From Bacillota bacterium (GTDB lineage Bacteria; Bacillota; DTU025), in the NCBI GenBank assembly GCA_050951805.1, contig JBMNJT010000002.1, positions 832,001 through 896,000 of the forward strand: a stretch of DNA of 64,000 bases. The letters run 5' to 3'. Shown here in pieces: positions 40,194 to 52,931 of this stretch. Position 1 is the stretch's first letter; every line of letters starts with the position of its first letter. Below the pieces are notes generated by a model, which made no database searches, was not told the DNA's origin, and saw nothing but the letters and a program-made list of their open reading frames with translations. The position numbers were made by a program, and so were the translations under genes.

Positions 40194-40807
40194 CTCCGTC
40201 TCCTCCGCCTTGAAAGCAGGCGGTCGAGGATTATTGCTGCGCCAGTCGAGCAACTAGTTGCGATTATTGTTGCTCCTATTATGGAGCCTGGATCTGCGGA
40301 GCCCAGTTCGGCTCTGAGAGAAAGCACTGTGGTTGGAACTAATGTGAGGCTAGATGCGGTGATTATCACAAATGTGCACATAGCGTCGGTGGCTTCTTGA
40401 TGTTGCGCGGGGAGGCGTAGCGAGGCTTTTCCAGAGTGGCGCTTGTCTTCAGCTGCCAGCTCTTCCATGGCACGCAGCCCGAACGGCGTCGCTGCGCTTC
40501 CAAGCCCCAGAAGATTCGCGGCCATGCTAGTGGCCATGTAACCGATGGCGTGGGAACGTGGGGATATCCCAGGGAAAAGCGGGGCTATGATCGGCTGCAT
40601 GAGATCTGCCAGTCGTGACATGAGCCCCGATTCTTCGGCTATTTTCGCGATCCCCGACCAAAGAGCGATCGACCCGGCAAGCCCTATACATAACTGAACT
40701 GCTTCTCTTGTCGATGACAATGCGATACTCGTAACGCTGGCAGGGCCTTTTACGATAATGGCTACAATGGCGCCTGAAGCCAACATCAGCAGCCACATAA
40801 TGCTCAT
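40190..40807 (-). CDS. spmA: Spore maturation protein A
   Basis: LWSGI..IAE, ANLLGLGSAATPFG, LTLVPTT. Confidence 0.9.
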   Translation of the reverse strand: MSIMWLLMLASGAIVAIIVKGPASVTSIALSSTREAVQLCIGLAGSIALWSGIAKIAEESGLMSRLADLMQPIIAPLFPGISPRSHAIGYMATSMAANLLGLGSAATPFGLRAMEELAAEDKRHSGKASLRLPAQHQEATDAMCTFVIITASSLTLVPTTVLSLRAELGSADPGSIIGATIIATSCSTGAAIILDRLLSRRRRRR

Positions 40808-40868
40808 TCGATCATCCCCCCAAAAAAAGAATCACCAATGTTTTTGCTGGTCAAGTCGCATCGCTTAA

Positions 40869-40899
40869 ATCGTATTCTCCTTCAGTGTTCAAGTATGAC
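40869..40899 (-). promoter_or_regulatory. Putative sigma-E promoter of spmAB
   Basis: Minus strand GTCATA-17 nt-AATACGAT; spmAB is sigma-E dependent in Bacillus. Confidence 0.5.
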
Positions 40900-40996
40900 G
40901 TCATTTGGCGCAGATCCAAGCGTCGCGGGAAGGAGGTAATCGGTTGCCAGCTGAGGAAGAATAGCAGGGCGCGCTATTGGCAGAGGTGATGTTTGC

Positions 40997-41938
40997 GTGG
41001 ACTTCTATTCGCGCATGAAGGACGAACTGATAAGGGTTATGCCGACACAGAGATGTTGCCAGGTTGCTGAGCTCTCTGCTTTGGTCAAGACTGACGGAGT
41101 CATACAGATATCTCAGGGGCGGATTTCGGTGCTGATTCGGGAATCCAATGCCGGTGTCGCCCGAAAAGTAGTTATGCTTCTGCGTGACGTGGGACGTCCT
41201 GACACTCAGATTGCAGTGCGCCAGGGGAGTGGTCTACCTAGGGGCAATACATATATAGTCCTCATCAGCGATCACGATCAAGCCATGGAACTTCTCGAGC
41301 TCCTCGGCATCTATGGGGAGTTCGGCTTGGCCAGCGGGATAGATTCCGCTATTGTCGCAAATCGTTGCTGTATGAGGGCTTATTTGCGTGGAACTTTTCT
41401 AGGAGCCGGTTATATGGGCGAGCCGGAGAAAGGATATCACGTGGAGATGGCTTTGAAATATCGGACCCATGCTGACGACATTGTCGAGTTGTTGCGCCAA
41501 TTTCATATTCGGGCTGGAATTGTTCAACGTCGGGAGCGCAGCGTGGTTTATATTAAGCATGGAGACGATGTAGTGGAATTCCTTCGCGTGATCGAGGCAG
41601 CCAATGCGTTGCTGGAATTGGAGAATACCAGGATTGTCCGATCGATCAGAAATGATGTGAACAGGCTAGTAAATGCCGAAAACGCAAATGTTTCCAAAGT
41701 GGTGGAGGCATCAGTCAGGCAGATTCAGGATATTCAGCTCATAGACGAGATGATGGGTATAGGGCGGCTTCCTCCGGCTCTCCGCGAGATCGCTTGGCTT
41801 AGGCTGGAATATCCGGAGGCAAGCCTCACGGAACTTGGGACGATGCTTTCGCCGAAACTGAGCAAGTCAGGCGTGAACCATCGAATGAGGAGGATTTCTG
41901 AGATTGCTAACAGGCTCCGCGGGCAGCAGGAAAGTTGA
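40997..41938 (+). CDS. whiA: DNA-binding protein WhiA
   Basis: YLRGTFL, YIK, NRLVNAE.AN, SKSGVNHR. Confidence 0.95.
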   Translation: MDFYSRMKDELIRVMPTQRCCQVAELSALVKTDGVIQISQGRISVLIRESNAGVARKVVMLLRDVGRPDTQIAVRQGSGLPRGNTYIVLISDHDQAMELLELLGIYGEFGLASGIDSAIVANRCCMRAYLRGTFLGAGYMGEPEKGYHVEMALKYRTHADDIVELLRQFHIRAGIVQRRERSVVYIKHGDDVVEFLRVIEAANALLELENTRIVRSIRNDVNRLVNAENANVSKVVEASVRQIQDIQLIDEMMGIGRLPPALREIAWLRLEYPEASLTELGTMLSPKLSKSGVNHRMRRISEIANRLRGQQES

Positions 41939-41949
41939 GGTGAATCGCC

Positions 41950-43383
41950 GTGGAAATGTCTTTTGTGCTCGTGCAGCAACAGGTCCAAAAGCTTGTCATG
42001 ACCCCGGAATTGAGACAGGCTATTCACCTGCTTCAACTTTCCACGGTCGATCTTGCGGAGTATGTTTCCAACGAACTTCTTGAGAACCCGCTTCTGGAGG
42101 AAGAAGGTCACGTTGGAATGGTCGTCGATAAGCAGGTGCAAGCTGGTCCAGAGGATGCTGTCCATGAAAGCGACGCTAATCCTGAAGATGATGAGAACGA
42201 GATAGACTGGGAGCGCTTCTTTGAGGACGGTACGGACGTGGGTTGGACTCGTGGGCCGATTGACCCTAATGTCGATTTTGATCCGATTCCCCTGGTTAAA
42301 TGGGAACCATCGCTTGAAGAGCAGTACCATATGGAGCTGAGGTTGGCCTGCAGCGACATGCGTACTCTACGGATTGGCGAGTATTTATTGGGGTGCATAG
42401 ACGGTGATGGGTTTTTCCGAGGTGATGTTCATAGGGTCGCGGCGTCCCTTGGAGTGGAAATTGACGACGTGGAGCGCGCCTTATCCCTTATTCAGAGCTT
42501 TGAGCCTGTTGGAGTGGGTTCGCGTAGCATCCGAGAATGTCTGGATCTGCAGATCTGCGCCTCGGGAGTCGAAGATAACCTGTGTCGCCTTGCGCGAAAG
42601 ATAGTCTCATGCCATCTTGAGGATATTGCTGCAGGCCGCATGGTTAAGGTCTCTTCGGAGCTGGGTGTGGACGTTCGGCAAGTGCAGGCGGCCGTCGATT
42701 TTATCCGCACTCTCAATCCTCGTCCGGGTGCTGGGTTTACAGGAAGCGGCGAGACGAGATACATAGTGCCTGATGTTTTCATCGAATACGTTGAGGGCGA
42801 GTACATTGTGATTCCAAATGACTCTGCCATTCCGCGACTGATGATAAACGAGAAATACAGATCCATGTTGAGAGACGCCAACGTTGACAGTGCAGCGAAG
42901 GATTTCATCAAGGAGAAGCTCGATTCCGCGCTTTGGCTTGTAAGGTCTGTGGAACAGCGGCGTTCCACTATAGTGAAGGTATCAGAATCAATAGTCAGAC
43001 ATCAGCGTGACTTCCTTGACCGTGGCATTCTCCACATGCGCCCGCTGACTCTTCGAGAGGTTGCCGACGACATAGGAATGCACGAATCCACTGTCAGCCG
43101 AGCTACGGCGGGAAAGTATGCGCAGACTCCTCGCGGTGTATTTGAACTAAGGTTCTTTTTCGATTCCGGGGTGAGCACTTCGGACGGAGATGCCGCGGCC
43201 AGTGCCAGTGTGAAAAAACGCATAGGCGAGATGATCGCCTCTGAGGATCCTAAAGCCCCTTTTTCTGACCAACAGATAGCCGATGCGCTGGGCTGCGAGG
43301 GCATAATGATATCCAGGAGAACTGTGGCGAAGTATAGGGATGAGATGATGTTGCCGCCTTCCACGAAGCGTCGAAGATACTGA
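41950..43383 (+). CDS. rpoN: RNA polymerase sigma-54 factor
   Basis: Q-rich N-terminus, HESTVSR, RpoN box SRRTVAKYR. Confidence 0.96.
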   Translation: MEMSFVLVQQQVQKLVMTPELRQAIHLLQLSTVDLAEYVSNELLENPLLEEEGHVGMVVDKQVQAGPEDAVHESDANPEDDENEIDWERFFEDGTDVGWTRGPIDPNVDFDPIPLVKWEPSLEEQYHMELRLACSDMRTLRIGEYLLGCIDGDGFFRGDVHRVAASLGVEIDDVERALSLIQSFEPVGVGSRSIRECLDLQICASGVEDNLCRLARKIVSCHLEDIAAGRMVKVSSELGVDVRQVQAAVDFIRTLNPRPGAGFTGSGETRYIVPDVFIEYVEGEYIVIPNDSAIPRLMINEKYRSMLRDANVDSAAKDFIKEKLDSALWLVRSVEQRRSTIVKVSESIVRHQRDFLDRGILHMRPLTLREVADDIGMHESTVSRATAGKYAQTPRGVFELRFFFDSGVSTSDGDAAASASVKKRIGEMIASEDPKAPFSDQQIADALGCEGIMISRRTVAKYRDEMMLPPSTKRRRY

Positions 43384-43403
43384 GGCCTTTTTTCCATGGG
43401 GCA

Positions 43404-43430
43404 GAAGGATTTTTGAGGGAGACACAGAAT
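43404..43430 (+). promoter_or_regulatory. Putative sigma-H promoter upstream of cggR-gap operon
   Basis: GAAGGATTT-11 nt-ACAGAAT. Confidence 0.5.
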
Positions 43431-43445
43431 TTCATTTGACATGGG

Positions 43446-43481
43446 TGGGACGCAATTTGACTATGCGGGACAAAAAATGTC
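43446..43481 (+). promoter_or_regulatory. CggR operator
   Basis: TGGGAC-N6-TGAC-N4-CGGGAC-N6-TGTC matches the Bacillus CggR direct-repeat box; TTGACA at 43436-43441 immediately upstream. Confidence 0.85.
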
Positions 43482-44538
43482 CAGCGAGATGCGAATGCTG
43501 AGCGCTGCAGAGATCGTTTCGTTACAGCGCAGAGTGATGCCGGAATTCTCGGATCGCATCATTCTGAGATACAATATTCTCCGCCATGTTTCCCATGCTC
43601 AGCCCATTGGGAGACGCGCTCTAGCGCAGTCGCTGGGCGAAAGCGAACGCCATGTAAGGCGAGAAGAGAATGTGCTGCGCACTGCAGGCTTACTCGTTGT
43701 AGGCCCTGATGGGATCCGGCTGTCAGAGGATGGGGAAGATATCCTCAGGGATCTGGCTGAATACGTTGGACTTCTCGTAGGCGCTCAGCGGCTTGCTGAT
43801 CTTCTTCAGCATGAGTTCGATCTGGAACGCGCCATAGTCATCACCGGCAACTCCGATGAGGACGAGGCAGTGAAGAAGGAGATGGCCCGTGTCGGGGCGT
43901 GTGTTCTGCGGGATATGATATCCGACGGTGATGTTGTTGCAGTGTGTGGCGGAACTACAATGGCGGAACTTGCCGCTCAGACGGTTCCTGCTTCGGGGAA
44001 ACGCAATGTCGTCGTGGTTCCGGCCAGGGGAAGCCTTGGCGAGGACGTGGAAAAGCAGGCTGATACAGTCGCTGCTCTGATGGCGAAAAAACTGGGCGGC
44101 GTCTACAGAATCCTCAATCTCCCGGACGATCTTGGCCATGAATTGGCGGCCAGTGTGGCGGAGGAACCTCGCACTAAAGAGGTGCTCGACACAATCAGGC
44201 AATCCAGGATAGTGGTGCATGGTGTAGGAACAGCAGTGGAGATGGCGCGGAGGCGGAACATGTCACCTTCGGAGATCGAGGAGATAGCAAGCTTGGGGGC
44301 GGTAGGGGAGGCTTTTGGATTTTACTTTGACCGAGACGGCGAGGTAGTGTACATTACATCAAGTCTGGGTTTGCGTGTGTCTGATCTGTCAGCTGTTGAG
44401 ACTGTAATGTGTGTGGGCGGAGGGTCCAGCAAAGGTCAGGCGCTGGCGGCAGTATTGCGCAATGGGTTTTCCCATATAGTAGTGACGGACGAGGGGGCTG
44501 CGCGTGAGGCGCTGGGGAAAACTGTTGACGACGCGTAG
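43477..44538 (+). CDS. cggR: Central glycolytic genes regulator (SorC/DeoR family); start uncertain
   Basis: QPIGRR, GGTTMA, PARG, AVGEAFG; precedes gap. Confidence 0.92.
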   Translation: MSSEMRMLSAAEIVSLQRRVMPEFSDRIILRYNILRHVSHAQPIGRRALAQSLGESERHVRREENVLRTAGLLVVGPDGIRLSEDGEDILRDLAEYVGLLVGAQRLADLLQHEFDLERAIVITGNSDEDEAVKKEMARVGACVLRDMISDGDVVAVCGGTTMAELAAQTVPASGKRNVVVVPARGSLGEDVEKQADTVAALMAKKLGGVYRILNLPDDLGHELAASVAEEPRTKEVLDTIRQSRIVVHGVGTAVEMARRRNMSPSEIEEIASLGAVGEAFGFYFDRDGEVVYITSSLGLRVSDLSAVETVMCVGGGSSKGQALAAVLRNGFSHIVVTDEGAAREALGKTVDDA

Positions 44539-44603
44539 CCTCGAGCTCGCGACAAGGACGTCGTGAGGAATCTTGTCCGCGGATCAAACGAAGAATCGAC
44601 TAA

Positions 44604-45647
<1,044 letters not shown>

Positions 45648-45676
45648 ATCGTTGCGTGTGAAGGGGCTGATGTGCA

Positions 45677-46882
45677 TTGCGCAAGCTCACTGTTGAAGAT
45701 ATAAATGTGGCGGGAAAGCGTGTTTTCGTCAGGGTTGATTTCAACGTTCCCATGGACGCCCAGCGTAATATAACGGACGACAGACGAATCGCCGCCGCCT
45801 TGCCAACGATAGAGTATCTCTTGGATCATGGTGCTAAGGTGATTCTCGCTTCTCACCTGGGCAGGCCTAAGGGGAAATATGATCCGTCTGCCACTATGGA
45901 CCCGATCGCGGAAAGGCTTTCCGAGCTCCTTGGAAAGCCAGTGAGGAAACTGGGTGACTGCATTGGCCCGGAAGTGGTTCAAGCTGTGGGCGAAATGGAG
46001 CCTGGGGATGTTGTCCTCCTGGAGAATCTGAGGTTTCACAGGGAAGAAGAGGCTAACGATCCTAGATTTGCGGAGGCGCTTGCATCGCTTGCAGACGTGT
46101 ATGTGAATGATGCCTTTGGAACGGCGCACCGGGCGCATGCATCTACCGAGGGTATAGCCCATTATATCCCGGGCGTTGCCGGCTTCCTGATGAAAAAAGA
46201 GATCGAAATAATGGGCAAGGCAATCGAAGACCCGGCACGGCCTTTCATTGCAGTGCTTGGAGGCGCCAAGGTCGCTGATAAGCTGGGTGTGATCGACAAC
46301 CTCCTAGACAAAGTAGACGGCTTGATAATCGGCGGAGGGATGGCTTACACGTTCCTTGCGGCCAAGGGCTATGAGATCGGAAAGTCCATATTAGATGCTG
46401 AGAGGCTGGATTATGCGAGGGGTGCGATGGCCAAGGCGAAGGATCGAGGGGTCACGCTGGAACTGCCCGTAGACATCGTTGCAGCCGAACGCTTCGATGC
46501 AGATTCTCCCCACAAGATTGTAGACGCAGATGGGATACCTGCTGACTGGATGGGGCTTGACATAGGCCCGAGGACAGTGGAGCGCTTTTCCAACCTCATC
46601 CGCTCAGCGGGAACAGTCATCTGGAATGGACCGATGGGCGTCTTTGAAATGCCTGCATTTTCCCGCGGAACACGGGGAATTGCCGAGGCTCTTGCTTCGT
46701 CGGATGCAGTAACTATTGTCGGCGGAGGCGATTCTGCGGCAGCATGTGAGCAGTACGGGCTGGCGGACAAGATGACCCATGTGTCGACTGGCGGGGGGGC
46801 GTCTTTGGAATTTCTTGAAGGACGAGAACTGCCGGGGGTTGCTGCTCTCAGGGATGAAGGCGACATGGAGGGTTTGAAGTGA
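45677..46882 (+). CDS. pgk: Phosphoglycerate kinase
   Basis: [30 protein letters not shown]. Confidence 0.98.
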   Translation: MRKLTVEDINVAGKRVFVRVDFNVPMDAQRNITDDRRIAAALPTIEYLLDHGAKVILASHLGRPKGKYDPSATMDPIAERLSELLGKPVRKLGDCIGPEVVQAVGEMEPGDVVLLENLRFHREEEANDPRFAEALASLADVYVNDAFGTAHRAHASTEGIAHYIPGVAGFLMKKEIEIMGKAIEDPARPFIAVLGGAKVADKLGVIDNLLDKVDGLIIGGGMAYTFLAAKGYEIGKSILDAERLDYARGAMAKAKDRGVTLELPVDIVAAERFDADSPHKIVDADGIPADWMGLDIGPRTVERFSNLIRSAGTVIWNGPMGVFEMPAFSRGTRGIAEALASSDAVTIVGGGDSAAACEQYGLADKMTHVSTGGGASLEFLEGRELPGVAALRDEGDMEGLK

Positions 46883-47649
46883 GACGAAGCATAATCGCTG
46901 GAAATTGGAAGATGAATAAGACGATACCCGACGGAGTGGCACTGGGAGGCGCTCTCGCTGACGATGCGGCGAGGTTCATAGAGAAGTGCGATGTCGTTCT
47001 GTGTCCGCCGTTTACCGCTATAAAGGCTGTTGCGGATCGAGTTGCGGAATCGGGGATAGACGTCGGAGCCCAAGACGTTCATTGGGAGACAAGCGGTGCC
47101 TTCACAGGTGAAATCTCCTGTGAGATGCTTCTGGATGCAGGATGTCGTTGGGTCATAATAGGCCATTCTGAGCGGCGTGCCATGTTCGGGGAAACCGACG
47201 ATACGGTGAACCGGAGGATGAAGGCGGCCGTTGCGGCCGGACTCAAGCCCATAGTGTGCGTCGGCGAGACCCTTGCTCAACGTGAAGATGGTTTAGCCAA
47301 TGACGTAGTACGGCGACAGGTAAGAGGCGCATTTGCAGGCTTATCTGCCGAAGATGCGAGTAAAGCAGTGGTAGCCTATGAACCGGTGTGGGCAATAGGA
47401 ACCGGACGGGCGTCTACTGGCGAAGATGCTAACGCAATGGCCAGGGTGATTCGGGATACCATAGCTGAGCTGTATTCGCGCGATCTGAGCGAGGCAGTCA
47501 GGATCCAATACGGCGGCAGCGTGAAGCCTGGGAACATGGCGGAATTCGCGCGGCAGCCCGATATAGACGGAGCCTTGGTCGGAGGCGCCAGTTTGAAGGC
47601 TGCCGACTTTATGGGAATAATCGCGGCTATGATTGACTCGAAGGAATGA
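46879..47649 (+). CDS. tpiA: Triosephosphate isomerase
   Basis: [23 protein letters not shown]. Confidence 0.98.
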   Translation: MRRSIIAGNWKMNKTIPDGVALGGALADDAARFIEKCDVVLCPPFTAIKAVADRVAESGIDVGAQDVHWETSGAFTGEISCEMLLDAGCRWVIIGHSERRAMFGETDDTVNRRMKAAVAAGLKPIVCVGETLAQREDGLANDVVRRQVRGAFAGLSAEDASKAVVAYEPVWAIGTGRASTGEDANAMARVIRDTIAELYSRDLSEAVRIQYGGSVKPGNMAEFARQPDIDGALVGGASLKAADFMGIIAAMIDSKE

Positions 47650-48978
<1,329 letters not shown>

Positions 48979-49016
48979 TCTGAAGTTCTGGGAGACCAGT
49001 ACGGGGGAGATGCGAC

Positions 49017-50063
49017 TTGCGTGGCATAACAGAGGTCCTGGGTGTGCTAGTGGGGCACGCACAAGATGATGATGCCTTAACAGGCTGCACAGTCGTATTA
49101 ACTCCGAATGGAGCCGTTGCAGGTGTGGATGTGCGGGGTTCAGCCCCGGGCACCCGAGAAACTGACCTAATGCGTCCGTGCAATCTAGTTGAAAGAATCC
49201 AGGCCGTAGTGCTCTCAGGCGGGAGCGCTTACGGCCTGGATGCTGCTTCAGGGGCAATGCAGTTTCTGGAGGAGGAGGGCGTTGGGTTCGAAACTCCATT
49301 CGGAGTCGTTCCCATTGTGGGGGCGGCTGTAATATTTGACCTCGGAATCGGAAACCCCAAAGTGCGTCCCGATCGAAGCATGGGATATAGGGCATGCCGA
49401 GCGGCATCGTCTGGAGCATGTGCCGAAGGTAATGTAGGAGCGGGCGCCGGCGCTACAGTCGGCAAGATGTTGGGCGATGAATATGCGATGAAGGGCGGAA
49501 TCGGAACTTGTGTAGCCGAGCTTCCCCAGCCCGGTAGGCGCAAGCCCGTGCATGTAGGGGCTATTGTGGCAGTGAATGCCCTGGGTGATATCGTGGATCC
49601 ATGGACAGGGAATGTGGTGGCAGGAGCCTACGACAGGGAGGAGAAGAGGTTCATTGGCCCGGGAGCCGCCAGGAGGGCAGGCAGGTCCGGACGTGGCCCA
49701 ATGGACGTGTATACGGCTAAGGATCCAGAAGACCTAGCTGGAATGAATACGACAGTTGCAGTTGTGGCCACAGATGCTATGCTAGATAAGGAGGGCGCAA
49801 ATAAGGTCGCAGGGATGGCTCATGACGGTCTTGCAAGGGCGATTGTTCCGGCACATACCATGTATGATGGGGACACAGTCTTTTGCCTTTCCACTGGGAA
49901 GAGATCGCTATCCCGTGATCGAGCTGCAGATATCACTGCCATAGGGTCTTTGGCAGCGGAGGTTCTGGCAGCGGCCGTCGTCAGAGCAGTGAGGGCGTCT
50001 CGTTCTGTAGACGGCTATGTGGCAGCCTGCGATGTGGCGGAAGTAGCCTCGGATCTTGATTGA
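49017..50063 (+). CDS. P1-family (DmpA/OAT superfamily) self-cleaving hydrolase
   Basis: TGCTV, RGSAPGTRET, LSGGSAYGL, GNVGAG.GA, cleavage-site NTT, HTMYDGD. Confidence 0.88.
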   Translation: MRGITEVLGVLVGHAQDDDALTGCTVVLTPNGAVAGVDVRGSAPGTRETDLMRPCNLVERIQAVVLSGGSAYGLDAASGAMQFLEEEGVGFETPFGVVPIVGAAVIFDLGIGNPKVRPDRSMGYRACRAASSGACAEGNVGAGAGATVGKMLGDEYAMKGGIGTCVAELPQPGRRKPVHVGAIVAVNALGDIVDPWTGNVVAGAYDREEKRFIGPGAARRAGRSGRGPMDVYTAKDPEDLAGMNTTVAVVATDAMLDKEGANKVAGMAHDGLARAIVPAHTMYDGDTVFCLSTGKRSLSRDRAADITAIGSLAAEVLAAAVVRAVRASRSVDGYVAACDVAEVASDLD

Positions 50064-50159
50064 CCGAGAGCGTGGCGCAAGGTTTGGAAAAGCAGGGTGC
50101 GCCTTGCCGTCTTATTTCGTCCGGCACCCGAGAGGGGCTGGAACGGAGGTGCGATGTGA

Positions 50160-50669
50160 TTGAAGGTCAAGACTGAGCAGATTGCCGTATCAGGTGTGCT
50201 TGCAGCGTTGACAGTAGTTCTTGGGGCCACAGGCGTTGGTTTCGTGCCATTGCCCACACCGGCTGGCGCAGCTACTCTCATGCATATTCCCGTGATTCTC
50301 GCAGGAATCCTCGAGGGCTCGGGGATAGGATCGATGGTTGGGCTTATCTTCGGGTTGTTCACTCTGAGGTTCATGGGCGACTGGCGGGTAGTTATCCCCG
50401 CAAGGCTGCTGATAGGGCCCGTATCGTACTGGGTTTACGTTGCCCTCAAGAAGAAACCGTGGAGCTTGCCTTTGGCTGCTGCCGCAGGAAGCATCACGAA
50501 CACCGTAGGAACGCTTGCATTGGCGGTTACGTTTGGGTACATTCCGCTTGCGGGAAAGACTGGAGCGATTTCCATCGCAGTTATGCAGGGCGTTCCCGAG
50601 GCTATTGTGTCTGCGCTTTTGATACCCCCTATAGTAATGGCGGTTAACAAGGCGATGCATCGAGTGTAG
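50160..50669 (+). CDS. ECF transporter S component, PanT-like
   Basis: GFVPLP...ATLMHIPVILAGILEG, ITNTVG; six predicted TMs. Confidence 0.75.
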   Translation: MKVKTEQIAVSGVLAALTVVLGATGVGFVPLPTPAGAATLMHIPVILAGILEGSGIGSMVGLIFGLFTLRFMGDWRVVIPARLLIGPVSYWVYVALKKKPWSLPLAAAAGSITNTVGTLALAVTFGYIPLAGKTGAISIAVMQGVPEAIVSALLIPPIVMAVNKAMHRV

Positions 50670-50680
50670 AGAATGACAAT

Positions 50681-50717
50681 CCAGGGCCTTTGCCTTGGTC
50701 AACAAGGCAGGCCCTGG
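50681..50717 (+). terminator. Intrinsic terminator hairpin
   Basis: CCAGGGCC..TGCCTTG-gtcaa-CAAGGCAGGCCCTGG. Confidence 0.6.
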
Positions 50718-50763
50718 GGCTTTGCATTGTATATTACGGCATGACCTGTAGGGGCCGAAGGAG

Positions 50764-52527
50764 GATGGTGTAACTTTAGAGTAGGACGGGGAGAGGGAAC
50801 GGGTTAGCGACGAAGAAGAGAGACCACAAAGTCCTGGAAGACGTTCCTGAGCGGGACGTCGCGGTGAAGTAATCCACCATCCAGCGCCCAGAAAGGTGGT
50901 CTCTCTATGGAAGAGTTTATTCGTCGTGTTATGGATGCATTCCTGCAAGGGGTAGAGGATGTTGTAGCCGCTTTGTGTAAGGGGATGTCTGCTCCGGAGG
51001 CGGAAATGATGATCAAGGAACGTTGCGACAACCTTGCGGCAGTAATGTATTCGGAATACCTGGAAGAAGTGGACAGGCAGGTGCGTAAGGACTTAGAGAA
51101 CCGTAAGGGCTGGGTTGTGAACAAAAGAAGAGACAGCCGTTCAATCTTGAGCATCATGGGAAACGTTGAATATGAACGAACTTACTACCACAACGAAGGG
51201 ACAGGCGAGTACCGGCACTTGTCAGATGATGTATGCGGGATAACGCCCCATGCACGCATTACGCCACTCTTCAGAGCGAACCTTGTGGAGAACTCATGTG
51301 ATATGTCGTATGGAAAGGCGGGCGAACTCACGGGGAGGTGCGCAGTAAGCGATCAAACTGTTATGAATTCGCTGAAGAAGCTCAAATTGGATCTGCCGAC
51401 AAGTAATGACGGTGTACCAGCCCAAGAGAAGCGGAAGGTTAAGAAGCTGTATATCGAGGCCGACGAAGATCATCTCAGCGGGAATAGGAATAAGCGAATG
51501 CGGTTAGAACCGAAGCTTGTATACGTTCATGAGGGCCGAAAGAGGGTTGGACGTGGCCGCACCGAGCTGGTGCACGCGAAATACTTTGGAGGAATGTACA
51601 AGGACCCTGAGGAGCTCTGGTGGGAAGTATACTGGTACATAGAGCAGACTTATGATATCGACTCCATAGAGATAATCTTCGTCACTGGGGATGGAGCCAA
51701 CTGGATAACGTTTGGGGCCGAATTCATGGTGAATGGGGTGCGCTTGCCTGACCTGTTCCATCTACGCAAATACATTGTAGCTGCTTGTCATGGCGATAAA
51801 AAACTGATGAGCAAGCTATGGAAGGCAGTAGATTCAGCAGAGCGCAGCAAAACCTTCGAGATTCTGGATGAAGCGGGATCCACCACGGTAACTAAGGGTC
51901 AGGCAAAATCCGTTGAGAGATGCCGCACTTACATATCGAACATGTGGGGCGCAATCGAAAACCGGCGGAGGTATTACCAGGAAGTAGTAGGTTGCAGCGC
52001 AGAAGGCCATGTAAGCCACATCTATTCGGATCGCATGTCCAGTCGCCCGATGTCATGGTCCGAGGAAGGGGCCAACATCATGGCCAAGCTGCGAGTGAAA
52101 AAGGCCAACGGCGAATCTGTAAGTGCCTACGCCTTACCCAGCACAGCTCCCCGATTTGGGAGTATTAAGATCGACCAGGGTAAAGCTCAACAGCTATGCT
52201 CGGAGGCAAAGGCTATGGTTAGAACTAGCGGGAAGTGTCTGTGCAACCAGTTGGGCAATGTGCCAGTCCTAAAGGGCAACGCCAGCTTTACTGTGCGGGT
52301 ATTCAGGGAACTTCGGGATTCTATAGCCATATGATATGGGTCCGTTGTTGACGGCCATTGTGATTTTCCCGAGGGGGAATACGCTACTTCGCATCACTCA
52401 TATGCAACCAGCATCAAACAATAGCGCTGGATAAAACAAGCTTATACGGTTTTAACGACAGAGTCGGCATACCGGGATTAGCCAATGGTCTCTTAGCTGT
52501 TCTTTCCTACAGTAGGTTGACGCCGTC
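50764..52527 (+). mobile_element. ISLre2-family insertion sequence (1764 bp) with 9-bp target-site duplication
   Basis: CCGAAGGAG at 50755-50763 and 52528-52536; imperfect 23-bp terminal IRs (15/23) ending GTAGGA internally. Confidence 0.9.
50907..52334 (+). CDS. ISLre2-family transposase
   Basis: YERTYY, LYIEADEDH, GDGANWI, D.FH, GCSAEGHVSH.YSDRMSSRPMSWS. Confidence 0.92.
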   Translation: MEEFIRRVMDAFLQGVEDVVAALCKGMSAPEAEMMIKERCDNLAAVMYSEYLEEVDRQVRKDLENRKGWVVNKRRDSRSILSIMGNVEYERTYYHNEGTGEYRHLSDDVCGITPHARITPLFRANLVENSCDMSYGKAGELTGRCAVSDQTVMNSLKKLKLDLPTSNDGVPAQEKRKVKKLYIEADEDHLSGNRNKRMRLEPKLVYVHEGRKRVGRGRTELVHAKYFGGMYKDPEELWWEVYWYIEQTYDIDSIEIIFVTGDGANWITFGAEFMVNGVRLPDLFHLRKYIVAACHGDKKLMSKLWKAVDSAERSKTFEILDEAGSTTVTKGQAKSVERCRTYISNMWGAIENRRRYYQEVVGCSAEGHVSHIYSDRMSSRPMSWSEEGANIMAKLRVKKANGESVSAYALPSTAPRFGSIKIDQGKAQQLCSEAKAMVRTSGKCLCNQLGNVPVLKGNASFTVRVFRELRDSIAI

Positions 52528-52544
52528 CCGAAGGAGCGGTACCG

Positions 52545-52573
52545 TTGTAAAGCAGGACGGTGTATGATAGAAT
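52545..52573 (+). promoter_or_regulatory. sigma-A promoter of secG
   Basis: TTGTAA-17 nt-TAGAAT with extended TG. Confidence 0.65.
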
Positions 52574-52606
52574 CAGTTGGAGTCGGAGCGATGGGAGGTT
52601 GCTGCG

Positions 52607-52825
52607 TTGGAGACGCTTTTGATTGTTCTTGAGTTTATCTTGTCAATACTCCTTATTGTGGTCGTTATTCTCCAGCAGAGCAAGGGAGAAGGGCTTGGGG
52701 CCATAGGCGGTGGAGGGCAGCTGTTTTTCGGCAAAAGCAAGGCTGCGGAGGCCTTCCTCGACAAAGCAACCACCTGGCTTGCAATAGGGTTTCTGATCGT
52801 CTCATTTCTGTTTGTTTTCGTTTAA
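52607..52825 (+). CDS. secG: Preprotein translocase SecG
   Basis: Two TMs, LQQSKGEGLGAIGGG, LDKAT; TTG after GGAGG. Confidence 0.93.
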   Translation: METLLIVLEFILSILLIVVVILQQSKGEGLGAIGGGGQLFFGKSKAAEAFLDKATTWLAIGFLIVSFLFVFV

Positions 52826-52931
52826 CCCTGGCAATCAGGGGGGCAATGTTATAGGCTGAAACAGTAGCCTCGCACTTGAGTCCGGGTGCGAGGTTTTCCC
52901 GTATTTGCAGGGCCAGGCCGCGGGGGCAGTG

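Noticed and set aside
46411-47280. Long antisense ORFs such as this 289-aa one (also 23646-24338, 50190-50948, 59225-59905)
   Set aside because: Shadow frames of well-supported genes in a GC-rich genome.
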